A DNA stretch of 64,000 nt, taken from sequence record NC_061446.1. One strand, 5' to 3'. The notes beneath the pieces were generated by a model. That model did no database searches. It was not told the DNA's origin and saw only the letters and a program-made list of their open reading frames with translations. This document shows, piece after piece, positions 37,018 to 46,678 of this stretch. Made by a program: the position numbers and the translations under genes. The first letter of the stretch is position 1. Every line of letters begins with the position of its first letter.

Positions 37018-37350
37018 ATGGCTATGACTCAAACGCAGTACGCTCTTTCTAAGGTGGCAGAAGAAGCTACCGAGATCGCAAAAGAGTGCCACAAGATCAT
37101 GCACTTCGGGTTTAACTCCTCTGACCCGAATGATCCGAAGCGAGTCAAGAACATTGACCGACTGATTGCAGAACTGCATGATCTCGAAGGCGCTCTCCTA
37201 TTTCTGCGTGATAACTCGGGCGGTGAGTTCGAGTTTATCCCTGATACCTGCACTGCGTTGGCTAAGTACGATAAGATTGCACGGCACATGGGCTACGCGA
37301 TTGAGTCAGGCAATGTTGAACCTTTCGATTTAGAAGACGAGGATGAATAA
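37018..37350 (+). CDS. MazG-like NTP pyrophosphohydrolase
   Basis: LSKVAEEATEIAKEC...LIAELHDLEG; AAGGA RBS. Confidence 0.6.
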   Translation: MAMTQTQYALSKVAEEATEIAKECHKIMHFGFNSSDPNDPKRVKNIDRLIAELHDLEGALLFLRDNSGGEFEFIPDTCTALAKYDKIARHMGYAIESGNVEPFDLEDEDE

Positions 37351-37865
37351 TGAGTTACTCTTTCGTTGTTGAGTGGAATATCCGCTTGAAGGCCGATACG
37401 CCTAAAGAAGTTATGAGCATGTTGAAAGCGTGGCACAGACACCCGCATCGCTTCGACGCGTTTTTGAATCTCGGTGTTGACGTTAGTGCAGCATTGGGTT
37501 GTGGTCTGGACTCAATCGCAGGTATTTACTACGAGAGTAACTTCATCCACGGGTCGGGTGTAGTGCCCTATATTCGCACCTGCGCTAACTTCACGCGACG
37601 TAGCTCAGGAACTGATCGTCTGGTAGGTTTCATCAACTGGCTGGAGCCGTATATCGATCATCGTGATGAAGTCATCGGCATCGTTCGTGGTGAAGACGAC
37701 CTCTACCACTTCGACGATACTCGTGGGTATGGATTTGGTCTTATTCCTGAGCCGCCTCCAAGTAAACCGTTCTACGAAATTCGTATCATCAACAACCGCG
37801 CACAAATCGACTATAAGCGTGGTGATCTTCATAACCTTTATCCGTGGGTATCTTATGCTTACTAA
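37350..37865 (+). CDS. hypothetical protein
   Basis: TAATG coupling. Confidence 0.7.
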   Translation: MSYSFVVEWNIRLKADTPKEVMSMLKAWHRHPHRFDAFLNLGVDVSAALGCGLDSIAGIYYESNFIHGSGVVPYIRTCANFTRRSSGTDRLVGFINWLEPYIDHRDEVIGIVRGEDDLYHFDDTRGYGFGLIPEPPPSKPFYEIRIINNRAQIDYKRGDLHNLYPWVSYAY

Positions 37866-38529
37866 CATTGCTCGTCTCGTTGCTACACAGGCACACTCTG
37901 GTCAGGTACGCAAGTACAATAACGAACCGTACATCAATCACCCGCTGCGTGTTGCACAGTGGCTGTCTCAGTTTAACGTTGGTGAACTGATCGAAGCAGG
38001 CGCCATCTGTCACGATGTTCTCGAAGATACCGACGTCGGCTATAGCGCTCTGGAACTCACTGTCGGTACACCTGTTGCTGATCTCGTTCAGGAAGTAACT
38101 AACGGTGTTTATCCGGCAGGCACTTCTCGCGTTCAGAAATACTGGGGTAATATCTCCAAGCTACTGACCGCCAGTCATCAGGCACAAACGCTCAAGTGCG
38201 GTGACGTGTATGACAACTGCAAAGACGTGTACGATCTGGACCCGTCGTATGCAGCACGTTACATCGCCGAGAAGTTCTTCCTCGTGCGTCTGTTCACTCG
38301 CGCTCAGTCTGACGTGCGTAATGCAACGTTGAATCTGCTGTCGTCTGTCTATAACGGCATGTCCGACGGGCACCGCATCTACTGTCTGGACTACATGCAG
38401 CAACTCGAACGTGAGTGTCCGGACGAACTGTTGATTCACTTCCACAACGCGCTGGTAGAAGCCAACGAACACAATGGCTGTACTCTGCGTATCGGAGATG
38501 CGTATGGAACTGAAACTGCCGCCGTTTAA
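37855..38529 (+). CDS. HD-domain hydrolase (SpoT/Mesh1-like small alarmone hydrolase)
   Basis: AHSGQVRK...EPYINHPLRVA, CHDVLEDT, KCGDVYDN. Confidence 0.85.
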   Translation: MLTNIARLVATQAHSGQVRKYNNEPYINHPLRVAQWLSQFNVGELIEAGAICHDVLEDTDVGYSALELTVGTPVADLVQEVTNGVYPAGTSRVQKYWGNISKLLTASHQAQTLKCGDVYDNCKDVYDLDPSYAARYIAEKFFLVRLFTRAQSDVRNATLNLLSSVYNGMSDGHRIYCLDYMQQLERECPDELLIHFHNALVEANEHNGCTLRIGDAYGTETAAV

Positions 38530-38878
38530 AACTCGCAGCGTACTTGTAGAGAACATGGAAGTTCGAAACAAACACGCCACAGCCGTTGTTGCCGTCAGTG
38601 AAACAAGCTGGTGGGGTTATCGCAAACGTAACCTGCGCGTTGCAATGAAGTGCAACAAGATCACTCGTAAGGAAATAGAGTGGTCAGCGTTGGTCAAATG
38701 GGATGATGGCTATATTGTTGCTCCCATCTGCGAAGACAGCGACGTCCTTACAGTCGCAAACAACACACTCCGCGATATGCGCAACATGAACTTGCAGCGT
38801 TATGAGCAGTTGCTTGCGCATCGCCTGACCATTCACATGAGGAAACATCATGGCCGCACATGCAGTTTATCTGTTTGA
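38474..38878 (+). CDS. hypothetical protein (start uncertain)
   Basis: In-operon ORF. Confidence 0.55.
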   Translation: MAVLCVSEMRMELKLPPFKTRSVLVENMEVRNKHATAVVAVSETSWWGYRKRNLRVAMKCNKITRKEIEWSALVKWDDGYIVAPICEDSDVLTVANNTLRDMRNMNLQRYEQLLAHRLTIHMRKHHGRTCSLSV

Positions 38879-39233
38879 GAACGTGGAAGATGAAGTTGCT
38901 TTCACCGAACGCCGCTTTCATAAAAGCATTCTTTTCATGAAGGGCATCAATAAAAACCTGCCTGTGGTGGAAGAAAGCAAAGAAGTAACGTTCGCCGTAT
39001 ACGAAGTGGGTAACACCAAGACGTATGCTGCAACTGTTGGTCAGCCTCTTCCAGAAAATCTGCGTCTCGCACTGAACCTAGAACCGGTTCGTGTGTGGCG
39101 TTTGATTCGTCGTAAAGACGATGTGTTCTTTGTCGGCGAAAACTCAGAAGCTATCGTTGCGGATAGCGTAGTGCCTATGGAAATTCGTGTTGAAGGAGCG
39201 CAGGATGCAGAACGTTGCTGGTCACGCGCTTGA
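38850..39233 (+). CDS. hypothetical protein
   Basis: GAGGA RBS. Confidence 0.7.
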   Translation: MAAHAVYLFENVEDEVAFTERRFHKSILFMKGINKNLPVVEESKEVTFAVYEVGNTKTYAATVGQPLPENLRLALNLEPVRVWRLIRRKDDVFFVGENSEAIVADSVVPMEIRVEGAQDAERCWSRA

Positions 39234-39861
39234 ACTGACAGCGAAGGACGTTGAGGCTTATTGGCGGGGACGTGCGTATATTGAAGCAGCTCGTATTGCA
39301 CACAACCATCAGGAAGACCCGACTGCGTATACTCTGACCTTTCAGTTCATTGAGCCATATCTTCCTCAGGGCTGGGAAGTTATCAACCCGATACGTGAGC
39401 AGCACGAAGGTGAATTGCCTGACGCCGTGTTTGAGCCAGGTGAAACCCTTGAGCCACGCTTCGTCGTCATGCTGGCACTGATGATCGATAGCGATAAAAC
39501 TCATGTGGGCGGCAAAACAATCAAATCTATGGCGCATCTGTCTTCTGTTGCGCGTGACAAACGAATCGTGTTGGTGCTTAACGGTCACGACACAGCACTT
39601 GCGCGGCATCTTGCGCTTGAAGCTGGGTACGAAGTGAGTGAAGCAGGTCTGATTGATATGGCCAAAGCTGTTGGTGATAAAGCTATGCGCCGTGCTGAAC
39701 ACACCGGATTCTTTGAACTCGATACTCCACGCGAGCGCAAAGAGCGTGACCCAAATCTCGACGCGGTACGACACAAGCACAATCGTGTTGGCCGTCACTC
39801 AGGCAATCAACGATTTAATGCCAAGCCGCAGCGTCAGAATTTCAAAGGCCGAGGCCGATGA
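39205..39861 (+). CDS. hypothetical protein
   Basis: AAGGAG RBS before ATG 39205. Confidence 0.7.
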   Translation: MQNVAGHALELTAKDVEAYWRGRAYIEAARIAHNHQEDPTAYTLTFQFIEPYLPQGWEVINPIREQHEGELPDAVFEPGETLEPRFVVMLALMIDSDKTHVGGKTIKSMAHLSSVARDKRIVLVLNGHDTALARHLALEAGYEVSEAGLIDMAKAVGDKAMRRAEHTGFFELDTPRERKERDPNLDAVRHKHNRVGRHSGNQRFNAKPQRQNFKGRGR

Positions 39862-40199
39862 AAAACGAAACATATGCGATTGAGTATGTGGACAACGTAC
39901 CACTGCGCGTCCATATCTTTCGGCCAGAGGCAAGTCCAGAGCAAAGCGATTACCAGGCTCTGGTGAGCATTGACGCGTTCGACAAGCGTATGTGCCTTGC
40001 CTGTAAGAAAGACCCAACAGTTCGTCGCTTCTGGATTCAACGTAAGCACGAATGGGAACATCTCGTGGAGTCTGATCGACGCATGATGCGTTTGAGAATG
40101 TCTCCTACATTCATCAATCTTCCAAAGCAGATACACGAAGACCTCTGGACGTTCTACCGTGAAGTCGGCTGGGACTATAAAAGCAAACGATTCATTTGA
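39858..40199 (+). CDS. hypothetical protein
   Basis: GAGG RBS, ATGA coupling. Confidence 0.7.
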   Translation: MKNETYAIEYVDNVPLRVHIFRPEASPEQSDYQALVSIDAFDKRMCLACKKDPTVRRFWIQRKHEWEHLVESDRRMMRLRMSPTFINLPKQIHEDLWTFYREVGWDYKSKRFI

Positions 40200-40355
40200 C
40201 CAAAAATCCACTATCTCTGCCGCTGTCTGCTGTTTGCATTCTGGCGGTATCGACGCGCACGGGAGTCTTTCTCGATGTGCTTAATAATGAAAAGACACCA
40301 GCAGGCCAATGTATCAGCCATGTTGTAGATGCTGTCCTTGCTGAGGGGAGTTCTT

Positions 40356-40703
40356 ATGGACTTGAAAGATTGGTTGATCACAACGGAGACAATCGTTCAC
40401 AAGATGGTTGTTGATCCCGTTGGTGGTACGGCTGTTGGGATAGTCGAAACTGTTTACTACGGACCGAAACGTCTTGGTCGTCGTCGCATTCAGGGCATTA
40501 GTCGTTCGTGCATCTGCCACGATATTTATCGTCGTCAGGCAATTTGGATGGACGTCAACGGTATGGACGAACTGTTGCCCAAGTACAACACGGCTAAGTC
40601 ATTGTGTCGTAGACTACGCACAGAAATCAACAAGCTCGTAGCAGAGGGTAAAGTAAATGGCGAGTCCATTAGCGAAAATCAACATCGGCAGCCCGTTGCC
40701 TGA
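40356..40703 (+). CDS. hypothetical protein
   Basis: GAGGGGAG RBS before ATG 40356. Confidence 0.65.
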   Translation: MDLKDWLITTETIVHKMVVDPVGGTAVGIVETVYYGPKRLGRRRIQGISRSCICHDIYRRQAIWMDVNGMDELLPKYNTAKSLCRRLRTEINKLVAEGKVNGESISENQHRQPVA

Positions 40704-41382
40704 AAGCGGTGATCTGATCTACAAACAGATTCTTGATGGTAGCATTGAGATTCTGGACAGCACACTCGACCTACATCGGCAGAGCAGTGTGGTGCTGCGT
40801 AACACCAAAGAGCTGGGTATTGATATACTCAATGGCGTCTGGACGTATACTCCTAAGTACACGTATGAAAACAGACACCCTCTGGCGTATACGTTCGGTC
40901 AAATGATGGCTGATCCAAACAGCACATATCAGGACCTGGCGAAGGAGCTTACAACCAAAGCGGAGCAAGATATGTTCTATGCACCGCTGCGCAAGCTCCG
41001 TGCGTTCATAATCAACCACGATACAGTTACGGGTAAAACTGATTTGCGTATGCCAGATGCGTGGATAGTAAACATCGACGCTGCGCTGACAATGCGTGAC
41101 TTCATGGGCGTAGTTGAAGGCTACGTTCAGTCCAAGCAACGTCAGGAAGTTGCGGAGGTTGTCTTTGAGAAGTATTACGCTACAGGCGAAAGCACAAAGA
41201 ACTCCAAGGCACGTCTGTTGTTTAGTGGTGGTACGTTAGTTATGGTTGATCCGGATCGCCATACAGCAGGGACTGCCAATCTGTTCGATATGACGTCCAT
41301 CTTCAAGTTCGTGTCGCGTCCGTGGAATCACGGTCTGACGCAGAATCATTTCCGTACCTATCGCAAGTTAGTAAATCTGTAA
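40657..41382 (+). CDS. hypothetical protein
   Basis: GAGG RBS; 241 aa. Confidence 0.75.
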   Translation: MASPLAKINIGSPLPESGDLIYKQILDGSIEILDSTLDLHRQSSVVLRNTKELGIDILNGVWTYTPKYTYENRHPLAYTFGQMMADPNSTYQDLAKELTTKAEQDMFYAPLRKLRAFIINHDTVTGKTDLRMPDAWIVNIDAALTMRDFMGVVEGYVQSKQRQEVAEVVFEKYYATGESTKNSKARLLFSGGTLVMVDPDRHTAGTANLFDMTSIFKFVSRPWNHGLTQNHFRTYRKLVNL

Positions 41383-41383
41383 A
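41374..41383 (+). promoter_or_regulatory. AATCTGTAAA motif
   Basis: Overlaps a stop codon, 64 nt before ATG 41448. Confidence 0.6.
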
Positions 41384-41447
41384 TACTAACTGCTAAAGTT
41401 ACTCTATCTTATTCATACTATCTTTCAACTAACATGAGGAAACAAGC

Positions 41448-42155
41448 ATGGCTTCTAAAGAACGTGCTGGTGTTGTGGACAATTCTGCTAAGTCAGCTAA
41501 ATCTGGTGGCAGCGCGGGTAGACGTGTTACTGCTCCGATCTACAACGGCACCCAAACTTCTGCGCAGGTCGCATCCGCTGCATCTACCTCCGTGCTGCCT
41601 GTATCTGGCGTGTCTCTCGCTGCGCAAATCTACAGCCGCGCGGACAGCCTGCGCTTCGCTACTTCTGAGCTGTCTACAACTTTGCAGCGCCTGGGCCTGT
41701 ATGAACCCGCGCCGTCTAAAGGTGAAGATCTGGCAAACGCGGCACACGATAACGTGCTGCGCGTTATCAACGAAGAACTCAACGGTGCGATGCGTTTCGC
41801 CAATGACGTTCTGTTCTCGTCTGTTCACGGTGACGACGAAGAAGAAATCGGCGAAGATTGTGACAGCGAAAAAGAAGCCCAGGGCGCTATTCACAAAACG
41901 CAGTTCGGCCGCAGCGTTTACGGTGACTCGCAGGCAGCTATTCAGCGTCTGCTGAGTATTCAGAACCTGGCCAACCGTGTCAATCTGTCTCTGGTTGGCG
42001 TTGAAGGCCCTGCTGACTGCCGTGCTGCTCAGGTGAACGATAGCGTTCATGGCTGCCTGTGCAATCTGGCTGATCACATCGACGATACCGTCACTACTCT
42101 GCATCGCGTTAATGCAGACCTGTCTACCAACCTGCTGGGGGCTACAGGGCAATGA
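41448..42155 (+). CDS. helical hypothetical protein
   Basis: GAGGA RBS; 235 aa. Confidence 0.75.
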   Translation: MASKERAGVVDNSAKSAKSGGSAGRRVTAPIYNGTQTSAQVASAASTSVLPVSGVSLAAQIYSRADSLRFATSELSTTLQRLGLYEPAPSKGEDLANAAHDNVLRVINEELNGAMRFANDVLFSSVHGDDEEEIGEDCDSEKEAQGAIHKTQFGRSVYGDSQAAIQRLLSIQNLANRVNLSLVGVEGPADCRAAQVNDSVHGCLCNLADHIDDTVTTLHRVNADLSTNLLGATGQ

Positions 42156-43159
42156 TCGACTTCAAGGCTGTTAAGTTCGACGAAGACCGCAAGCCGTACA
42201 TCGTTGAGCGCGGTGCCAAAGGTAAGTTCCAGCGTCGCTATCTGAATGATGCGGAACAACAGGAGCATAAAGAGTGGGATTCGGCGCGCGTTAGTCGCAT
42301 CAACTCAGAACTGGATTCTATGTCTGTTGCACCTGCTCGTGGACAAACTCGTCATACTCAGGCCGTTGATACGCTGGGTACGGACCGGGCCGAAGCGCGT
42401 ACCTCTTCATTCCGTAGTTGCTACGATCACGCTGACGGCCCGACGGGTCCTGTTGGTCCGGGCCCGTGTCCAGTTGGCGCAGACCCTGTGATTCCGTATT
42501 CTCTGGAAAGCGGCTCAGAGCAGGACGTCCCGGTCGGCCAGCGCGTAGCTCGTCGTTCTGTTAACCTGATGGACAGCATTGCGCATCTGACGCTGGCTCT
42601 GTATGAGTTCGGAGCTATCGACAATGCGTGTGTTGCTGATGTTCGTTCGCGCGTCATGGATCTTGCAGAAGGCCTTCATGACGACGAAGACTCTATGCGC
42701 ATTCAGGCAGAAGACGAGCTTGTGGAGCCATACTACTACGTTAAGTCTATGGCCGCGTTGCTGTACGGTTCATACACTCAGTCGCGTACTCAGGCTCCAT
42801 TGAAAGTCGTTGGCTACCACGCCGCTCCGGTTATTACTCTGACGCAGTACCTGATGGGTCTTATCTTCCCTGAAGGTGATATGGCACGTCGTGCTCAGAC
42901 CGGTAACCTGCTGCATCGCGGTGATGACTCCGTGCGCGATCTGGCGCTAGACATTATGACCGTGTACAACAACATTCAGGCTGACATTAGCGAAGCTGGT
43001 GTTCGTCTGCTGGGTGAGATGCCGGAAGAAATTGGCGGGTTGAATGTGGGTCTGGGTGAGCTGGCGTCTCTGGACGTTGTTCGTGCCGTTGACGAAATGC
43101 TGGAGTATCTGGTGATTCGTGTTGATGGCCTGACGCAGATGCTGCGCGACCAACTGTAA
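42152..43159 (+). CDS. helical hypothetical protein
   Basis: ATGA coupling; 335 aa; last + strand gene. Confidence 0.75.
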   Translation: MIDFKAVKFDEDRKPYIVERGAKGKFQRRYLNDAEQQEHKEWDSARVSRINSELDSMSVAPARGQTRHTQAVDTLGTDRAEARTSSFRSCYDHADGPTGPVGPGPCPVGADPVIPYSLESGSEQDVPVGQRVARRSVNLMDSIAHLTLALYEFGAIDNACVADVRSRVMDLAEGLHDDEDSMRIQAEDELVEPYYYVKSMAALLYGSYTQSRTQAPLKVVGYHAAPVITLTQYLMGLIFPEGDMARRAQTGNLLHRGDDSVRDLALDIMTVYNNIQADISEAGVRLLGEMPEEIGGLNVGLGELASLDVVRAVDEMLEYLVIRVDGLTQMLRDQL

Positions 43160-43174
43160 TCTGCTGTAGAAAGC

Positions 43175-43212
43175 AAAAAGGGCGGCCCTCGTAATTGAGA
43201 GTCGCCCTTTTT
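43175..43212. terminator. bidirectional terminator between convergent blocks
   Basis: AAAAAGGGCGGC...GTCGCCCTTTTT with A-tract and T-tract flanks. Confidence 0.85.
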
Positions 43213-43214
43213 CG

Positions 43215-43679
43215 TTATAGCGCCAAACCTATGCCGATAGCTGCTGCAATACGAGTCAACCACAATTGAAAATCCGCAGACTTCTGATCTTCAATACGTG
43301 CCTTACGCTCTGCTGCTAAGTCATCGGATAGCCCATTCGCTCTCACCTCTTCGGCTTGAGCCAAACGCAATAGCTTGTTGCGTTCATCAATGGTCAGATT
43401 GAGCACATCGAGTAACTTGTTTCGTTCCTCGGTGCGGTCTTTCCCTGCCTGATACAGATTAATCAAATCAACCATTCCCTTGTTTTCAAGCACTGCAACC
43501 TTCTTGTCTTCTACCACTTTGATAGTGACAGTAGGCTTGGCAGGAACGGCTTCCTTTTCCCACTCAACTTTGTTGATCTGCTGAATGTCTTGCATGGTTG
43601 TTTTCTTGGTTGCGTCGATACCAGATAAAGAACTGCAACCAGTCACTAGCAAGCACAGGAGTAACGTGATTATTTTCAT
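43215..43679 (-). CDS. outer-membrane lipoprotein, o-spanin-like (extra C-terminal hydrophobic helix)
   Basis: Lipobox LLVTGC, coiled-coil body; overlaps the i-spanin-like gene by 4 nt. Confidence 0.65.
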   Translation of the reverse strand: MKIITLLLCLLVTGCSSLSGIDATKKTTMQDIQQINKVEWEKEAVPAKPTVTIKVVEDKKVAVLENKGMVDLINLYQAGKDRTEERNKLLDVLNLTIDERNKLLRLAQAEEVRANGLSDDLAAERKARIEDQKSADFQLWLTRIAAAIGIGLAL

Positions 43680-43987
43680 AGCTTATTGTACCTGTCCACC
43701 AGCTCATCCATGCTGTCATCTTTACTTGGAGGCTTAACGTCAGTCTCAGGCTTCCGCGTATTCAGATCTTTCACCGCCTCGTTAACAGTCTTGCTGTCTT
43801 GGACTTGGTTCTCGATTGCTGCCTCACGCGTATTGTCAGCGGCTTTCTGCTCACCTGTAGTAGTCGATGGGCTTGCTTTAGGGCGACGGAACAACAGCGC
43901 CGTTATGACAAGCACAACAACAGATGCGAAAACCTTCCAGTATTTCATAAACACTTCAATAGCCTTAGACATAATCACGCTCTCCAC
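43676..43987 (-). CDS. i-spanin-like inner-membrane protein
   Basis: N-terminal TM VFASVVVLVITALLF then polar helical domain; start may be 43972. Confidence 0.6.
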   Translation of the reverse strand: MESVIMSKAIEVFMKYWKVFASVVVLVITALLFRRPKASPSTTTGEQKAADNTREAAIENQVQDSKTVNEAVKDLNTRKPETDVKPPSKDDSMDELVDRYNKL

Positions 43988-44292
43988 TATTCTTTATCTG
44001 TCTCCTGCTTCTCTGCTTTAGTCGTCTGCATGTTGACGAGGTTCTCAACAGTAAACGCAAGGGAGAAGTAGGTAAGATGGTCGGTCTGACCGTTCATCAG
44101 CAAGCCAATGAACATACCGGTAGACACGAACACTGCGGCGACGGAGGATATTGGATTGAGTGTCCAGTACTCCTTCCAGTTTAAGCCTTCTCGCTTAGTC
44201 TTGACCACATAATTCATCAAGACACCGCCGACATATGAAAGAAAGAAGGCTACGATTTGGATTGTCGGCATTTGTGATATTACATCACCCAT
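43987..44292 (-). CDS. holin-like membrane protein
   Basis: 2-3 TM segments, charged C-terminal tail, upstream of the spanin pair; GGGAG RBS before ATG 44292. Confidence 0.55.
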   Translation of the reverse strand: MGDVISQMPTIQIVAFFLSYVGGVLMNYVVKTKREGLNWKEYWTLNPISSVAAVFVSTGMFIGLLMNGQTDHLTYFSLAFTVENLVNMQTTKAEKQETDKE

Positions 44293-44314
44293 GTTGCAAT
44301 ACTCCCTATTAGAC

Positions 44315-44343
44315 AAAAGAAAGGGAGAGCCGAAGCCCTCCCT
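44315..44343 (-). terminator. rho-independent terminator
   Basis: Minus strand AGGGAGGGC-TTCG-GCTCTCCCT-TTCTTTT. Confidence 0.75.
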
Positions 44344-44348
44344 ATAGA

Positions 44349-44588
44349 TCAAAGTTGCTCAGAGGTAATCTGACCATCTTGATACAGTTCGCGCTTACGC
44401 GCTTTCCACGTTGAAGAAAGTTCAGAGAAGAACTCTCTCGCACGATCATCGTCAAGCTCAAACGGTTGCTGTACGCCATACTTAGCACACAGGCCATTGA
44501 ACGTTGCATTGTACTCGGTCTGCAAAAGCGATTTGTCTGCGCTCTCGCTGATATACTGCTTGGCCGACATGGCTACTGTTAGTTGCAT
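44349..44588 (-). CDS. hypothetical protein (79 aa)
   Basis: GAGGA RBS. Confidence 0.7.
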   Translation of the reverse strand: MQLTVAMSAKQYISESADKSLLQTEYNATFNGLCAKYGVQQPFELDDDRAREFFSELSSTWKARKRELYQDGQITSEQL

Positions 44589-44623
44589 GATACCATCCTC
44601 TTATTATCTACTCGCATAAATTA

Positions 44624-45223
44624 TCATGCGAATTTCAAAACGAGGTCGTTCACGATAACAGCCTTAGACTGGTCAGTAGGCGTTGTGTTGTTTGCATACA
44701 CTTTACCTCCCACCAGGCGTAAGTCTGCATTCGACACCTCGCTGCCGACGCTACACACAGCAAGGAATGCAGCACCGGCGTCGTTGTTGCCTGTCTGCAA
44801 GTTGATCGTGTTTGAGTACGCACCGACAACAATACACCAAGTGGGCGTAGCGTCTTTCAGGAAGTAACATGAACGGTTGTCGCTGTACGAAACAGCAAGG
44901 CGCATGTTCATCGCAGACGCAAGCAGCACTGGCACGTTATTGGCCAGCAGTGACATAGCAGCCTTGTTGCCAGTAACGCCACCAACATAATCAGCAACGC
45001 GAGCAGACAACAATGGGCCGATGCGCGTGTACACTGCGTTGTTGCCTGCCAACTGAGTGGCCTCGGCGAGCAATGCCTGTACTTCTGCTTTAGTAGGCAT
45101 CGTGCCTGTATAAAACAGAATTGAGTTGGTAGTTGTGGTGAACGAGGTGGGTATCGTCCCTCCAACAAGACCGTTGTATGCACTGCGCATCATCGCATTC
45201 GCTGTAGCAGGAAGCATTCTCAT
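44624..45223 (-). CDS. virion fibre-family paralog (short)
   Basis: ILFYTGTMP ... VGSEVSNADLRL shared scaffold motifs. Confidence 0.65.
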   Translation of the reverse strand: MRMLPATANAMMRSAYNGLVGGTIPTSFTTTTNSILFYTGTMPTKAEVQALLAEATQLAGNNAVYTRIGPLLSARVADYVGGVTGNKAAMSLLANNVPVLLASAMNMRLAVSYSDNRSCYFLKDATPTWCIVVGAYSNTINLQTGNNDAGAAFLAVCSVGSEVSNADLRLVGGKVYANNTTPTDQSKAVIVNDLVLKFA

Positions 45224-46134
45224 TACGCACCCTCCACAAAGTTGTCAGCGATACGAATGGTAAGATCAGAAACAGCCATCATGCCATACTCGCCAATAGA
45301 AGTTGTACCCAGCGTAATATCTGCACCTACATCCAGCACAATACCGAAGTAGTCCTCAGTAGTAGCGCCTAGGTAGGCTTGAGTTGTACTCGGCACACTA
45401 CCGGTCAGTGGTACAAGCACAACATGCGTCAGGGCAGCAACAACAAAGTCACTGCCCTTCTCTGCATACGGGGTGAATGATAGCTGGTTCGTAGTGGACG
45501 TACCGTTCATGCTCAAGCGTAACTTACGCGCCTGAATATTCAGACCGTCATTCATACCTGTAGTGACAGTGATACGCGTCCACTCCAGGGTTGTCGGGTC
45601 CTGGTACTCAAGGCGAATGTTACCTGCGTTGATTACGTTCGCGTTTGGAATAAAGAACGAACGGAATCGTAAGGTACGGCCGTAGTCGTATTCCACTGTA
45701 TCGTTCGCATCCCACGCAGGGGCAACACCGACAGCTACGTCAGAGCAGGCAGCAACGTTGGCCAGTACCTGCTGCGGTGTCTTACTCCATCCGGCGCTTG
45801 GCGTATATCGAGAATACTCAGGGAACACAGCATACGTCTGAATAGACTGCTTGGTAGTAGGGTCTATTGTAACACGTCCCTGACCATATCCGCCTATTGG
45901 CATAAGACTGCGCGCCTTGCTGTACTGACGACACAAGATACCGTTAGCATCAGCTACCTGAGTCTGGTACTTGATCTCTACGGCAGCACGGGACGACGCG
46001 ACAAGATCAACTAATGACTTAGGAACGTTGTTGCTGCTACCGTTTCGGAAGAACGCTGCCCAGCCGCTTGCGTTTGCAGAAGTGCCGACAGTTTGCAGTA
46101 GCTGGTAGAGCGCTTGCTTTTCAGAGACTAACAT
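45223..46134 (-). CDS. virion fibre-family paralog (long, inserted beta-sandwich)
   Basis: YDYGRTLRF insert; ends LDVGADITL...VSDLTI. Confidence 0.65.
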   Translation of the reverse strand: MLVSEKQALYQLLQTVGTSANASGWAAFFRNGSSNNVPKSLVDLVASSRAAVEIKYQTQVADANGILCRQYSKARSLMPIGGYGQGRVTIDPTTKQSIQTYAVFPEYSRYTPSAGWSKTPQQVLANVAACSDVAVGVAPAWDANDTVEYDYGRTLRFRSFFIPNANVINAGNIRLEYQDPTTLEWTRITVTTGMNDGLNIQARKLRLSMNGTSTTNQLSFTPYAEKGSDFVVAALTHVVLVPLTGSVPSTTQAYLGATTEDYFGIVLDVGADITLGTTSIGEYGMMAVSDLTIRIADNFVEGA

Positions 46135-46143
46135 AATGCCTCC

Positions 46144-46677
46144 TTAGAGTTTGATGCGCATATCAGCAACACGCAAAAGCTGACCGGCAACAACAGCACC
46201 GCCTAAGATTTTCAGGTCGGCGTTTGAGTTTTCATCACCGACAGTACCTACAATGCAGTTATACAGGTTGGTGCCAGTCGTGAATCCAGTCCAGTTATCC
46301 ACGGAAGTACCGGCAGAACACTGACGCAACATGAACCACGTAGGCGTACCAGAAGCAGCGATGTTGAAAACGTTAGGCTGGCTGCTCAGTGGCAGGTTAA
46401 GCACGTTGTTGTCGTAGTCCATGGTAGGGGTGAACGTACCAAGAGATACGTTGCCCAAGAAGTTTGTTGGGGTTGCGAATGCCGAAATTGCAGCGGCAGA
46501 CCACGTAGTTAGAGTGTTCGCAGTCGTCAGCAAAGCCTGTAGTTGTTCATCGGTCGGAGGAGTACCTGAGAACAAAGCAAGGTGAGTCAAGTTGCCACCA
46601 ACAAATGAGCCAGGCGACATACGAGTGCAAAGCGCAATCTGAGACTGTAGTGTGTTATAGGCTTTAGAGACGCGCAT
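46144..46677 (-). CDS. virion fibre-family paralog (short)
   Basis: LALFSGTPP, GTPTWF, GTVGDENSNADL. Confidence 0.65.
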   Translation of the reverse strand: MRVSKAYNTLQSQIALCTRMSPGSFVGGNLTHLALFSGTPPTDEQLQALLTTANTLTTWSAAAISAFATPTNFLGNVSLGTFTPTMDYDNNVLNLPLSSQPNVFNIAASGTPTWFMLRQCSAGTSVDNWTGFTTGTNLYNCIVGTVGDENSNADLKILGGAVVAGQLLRVADMRIKL

Positions 46678-46678
46678 G

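Noticed and set aside
42434-42475. GPTGPVGPGP as a collagen-like domain
   Set aside because: Only about three G-X-Y triplets; too short
43987-44588. Endolysin next to the holin/spanins
   Set aside because: No lysozyme, amidase or peptidase motif in neighbouring ORFs; presumably elsewhere in the genome
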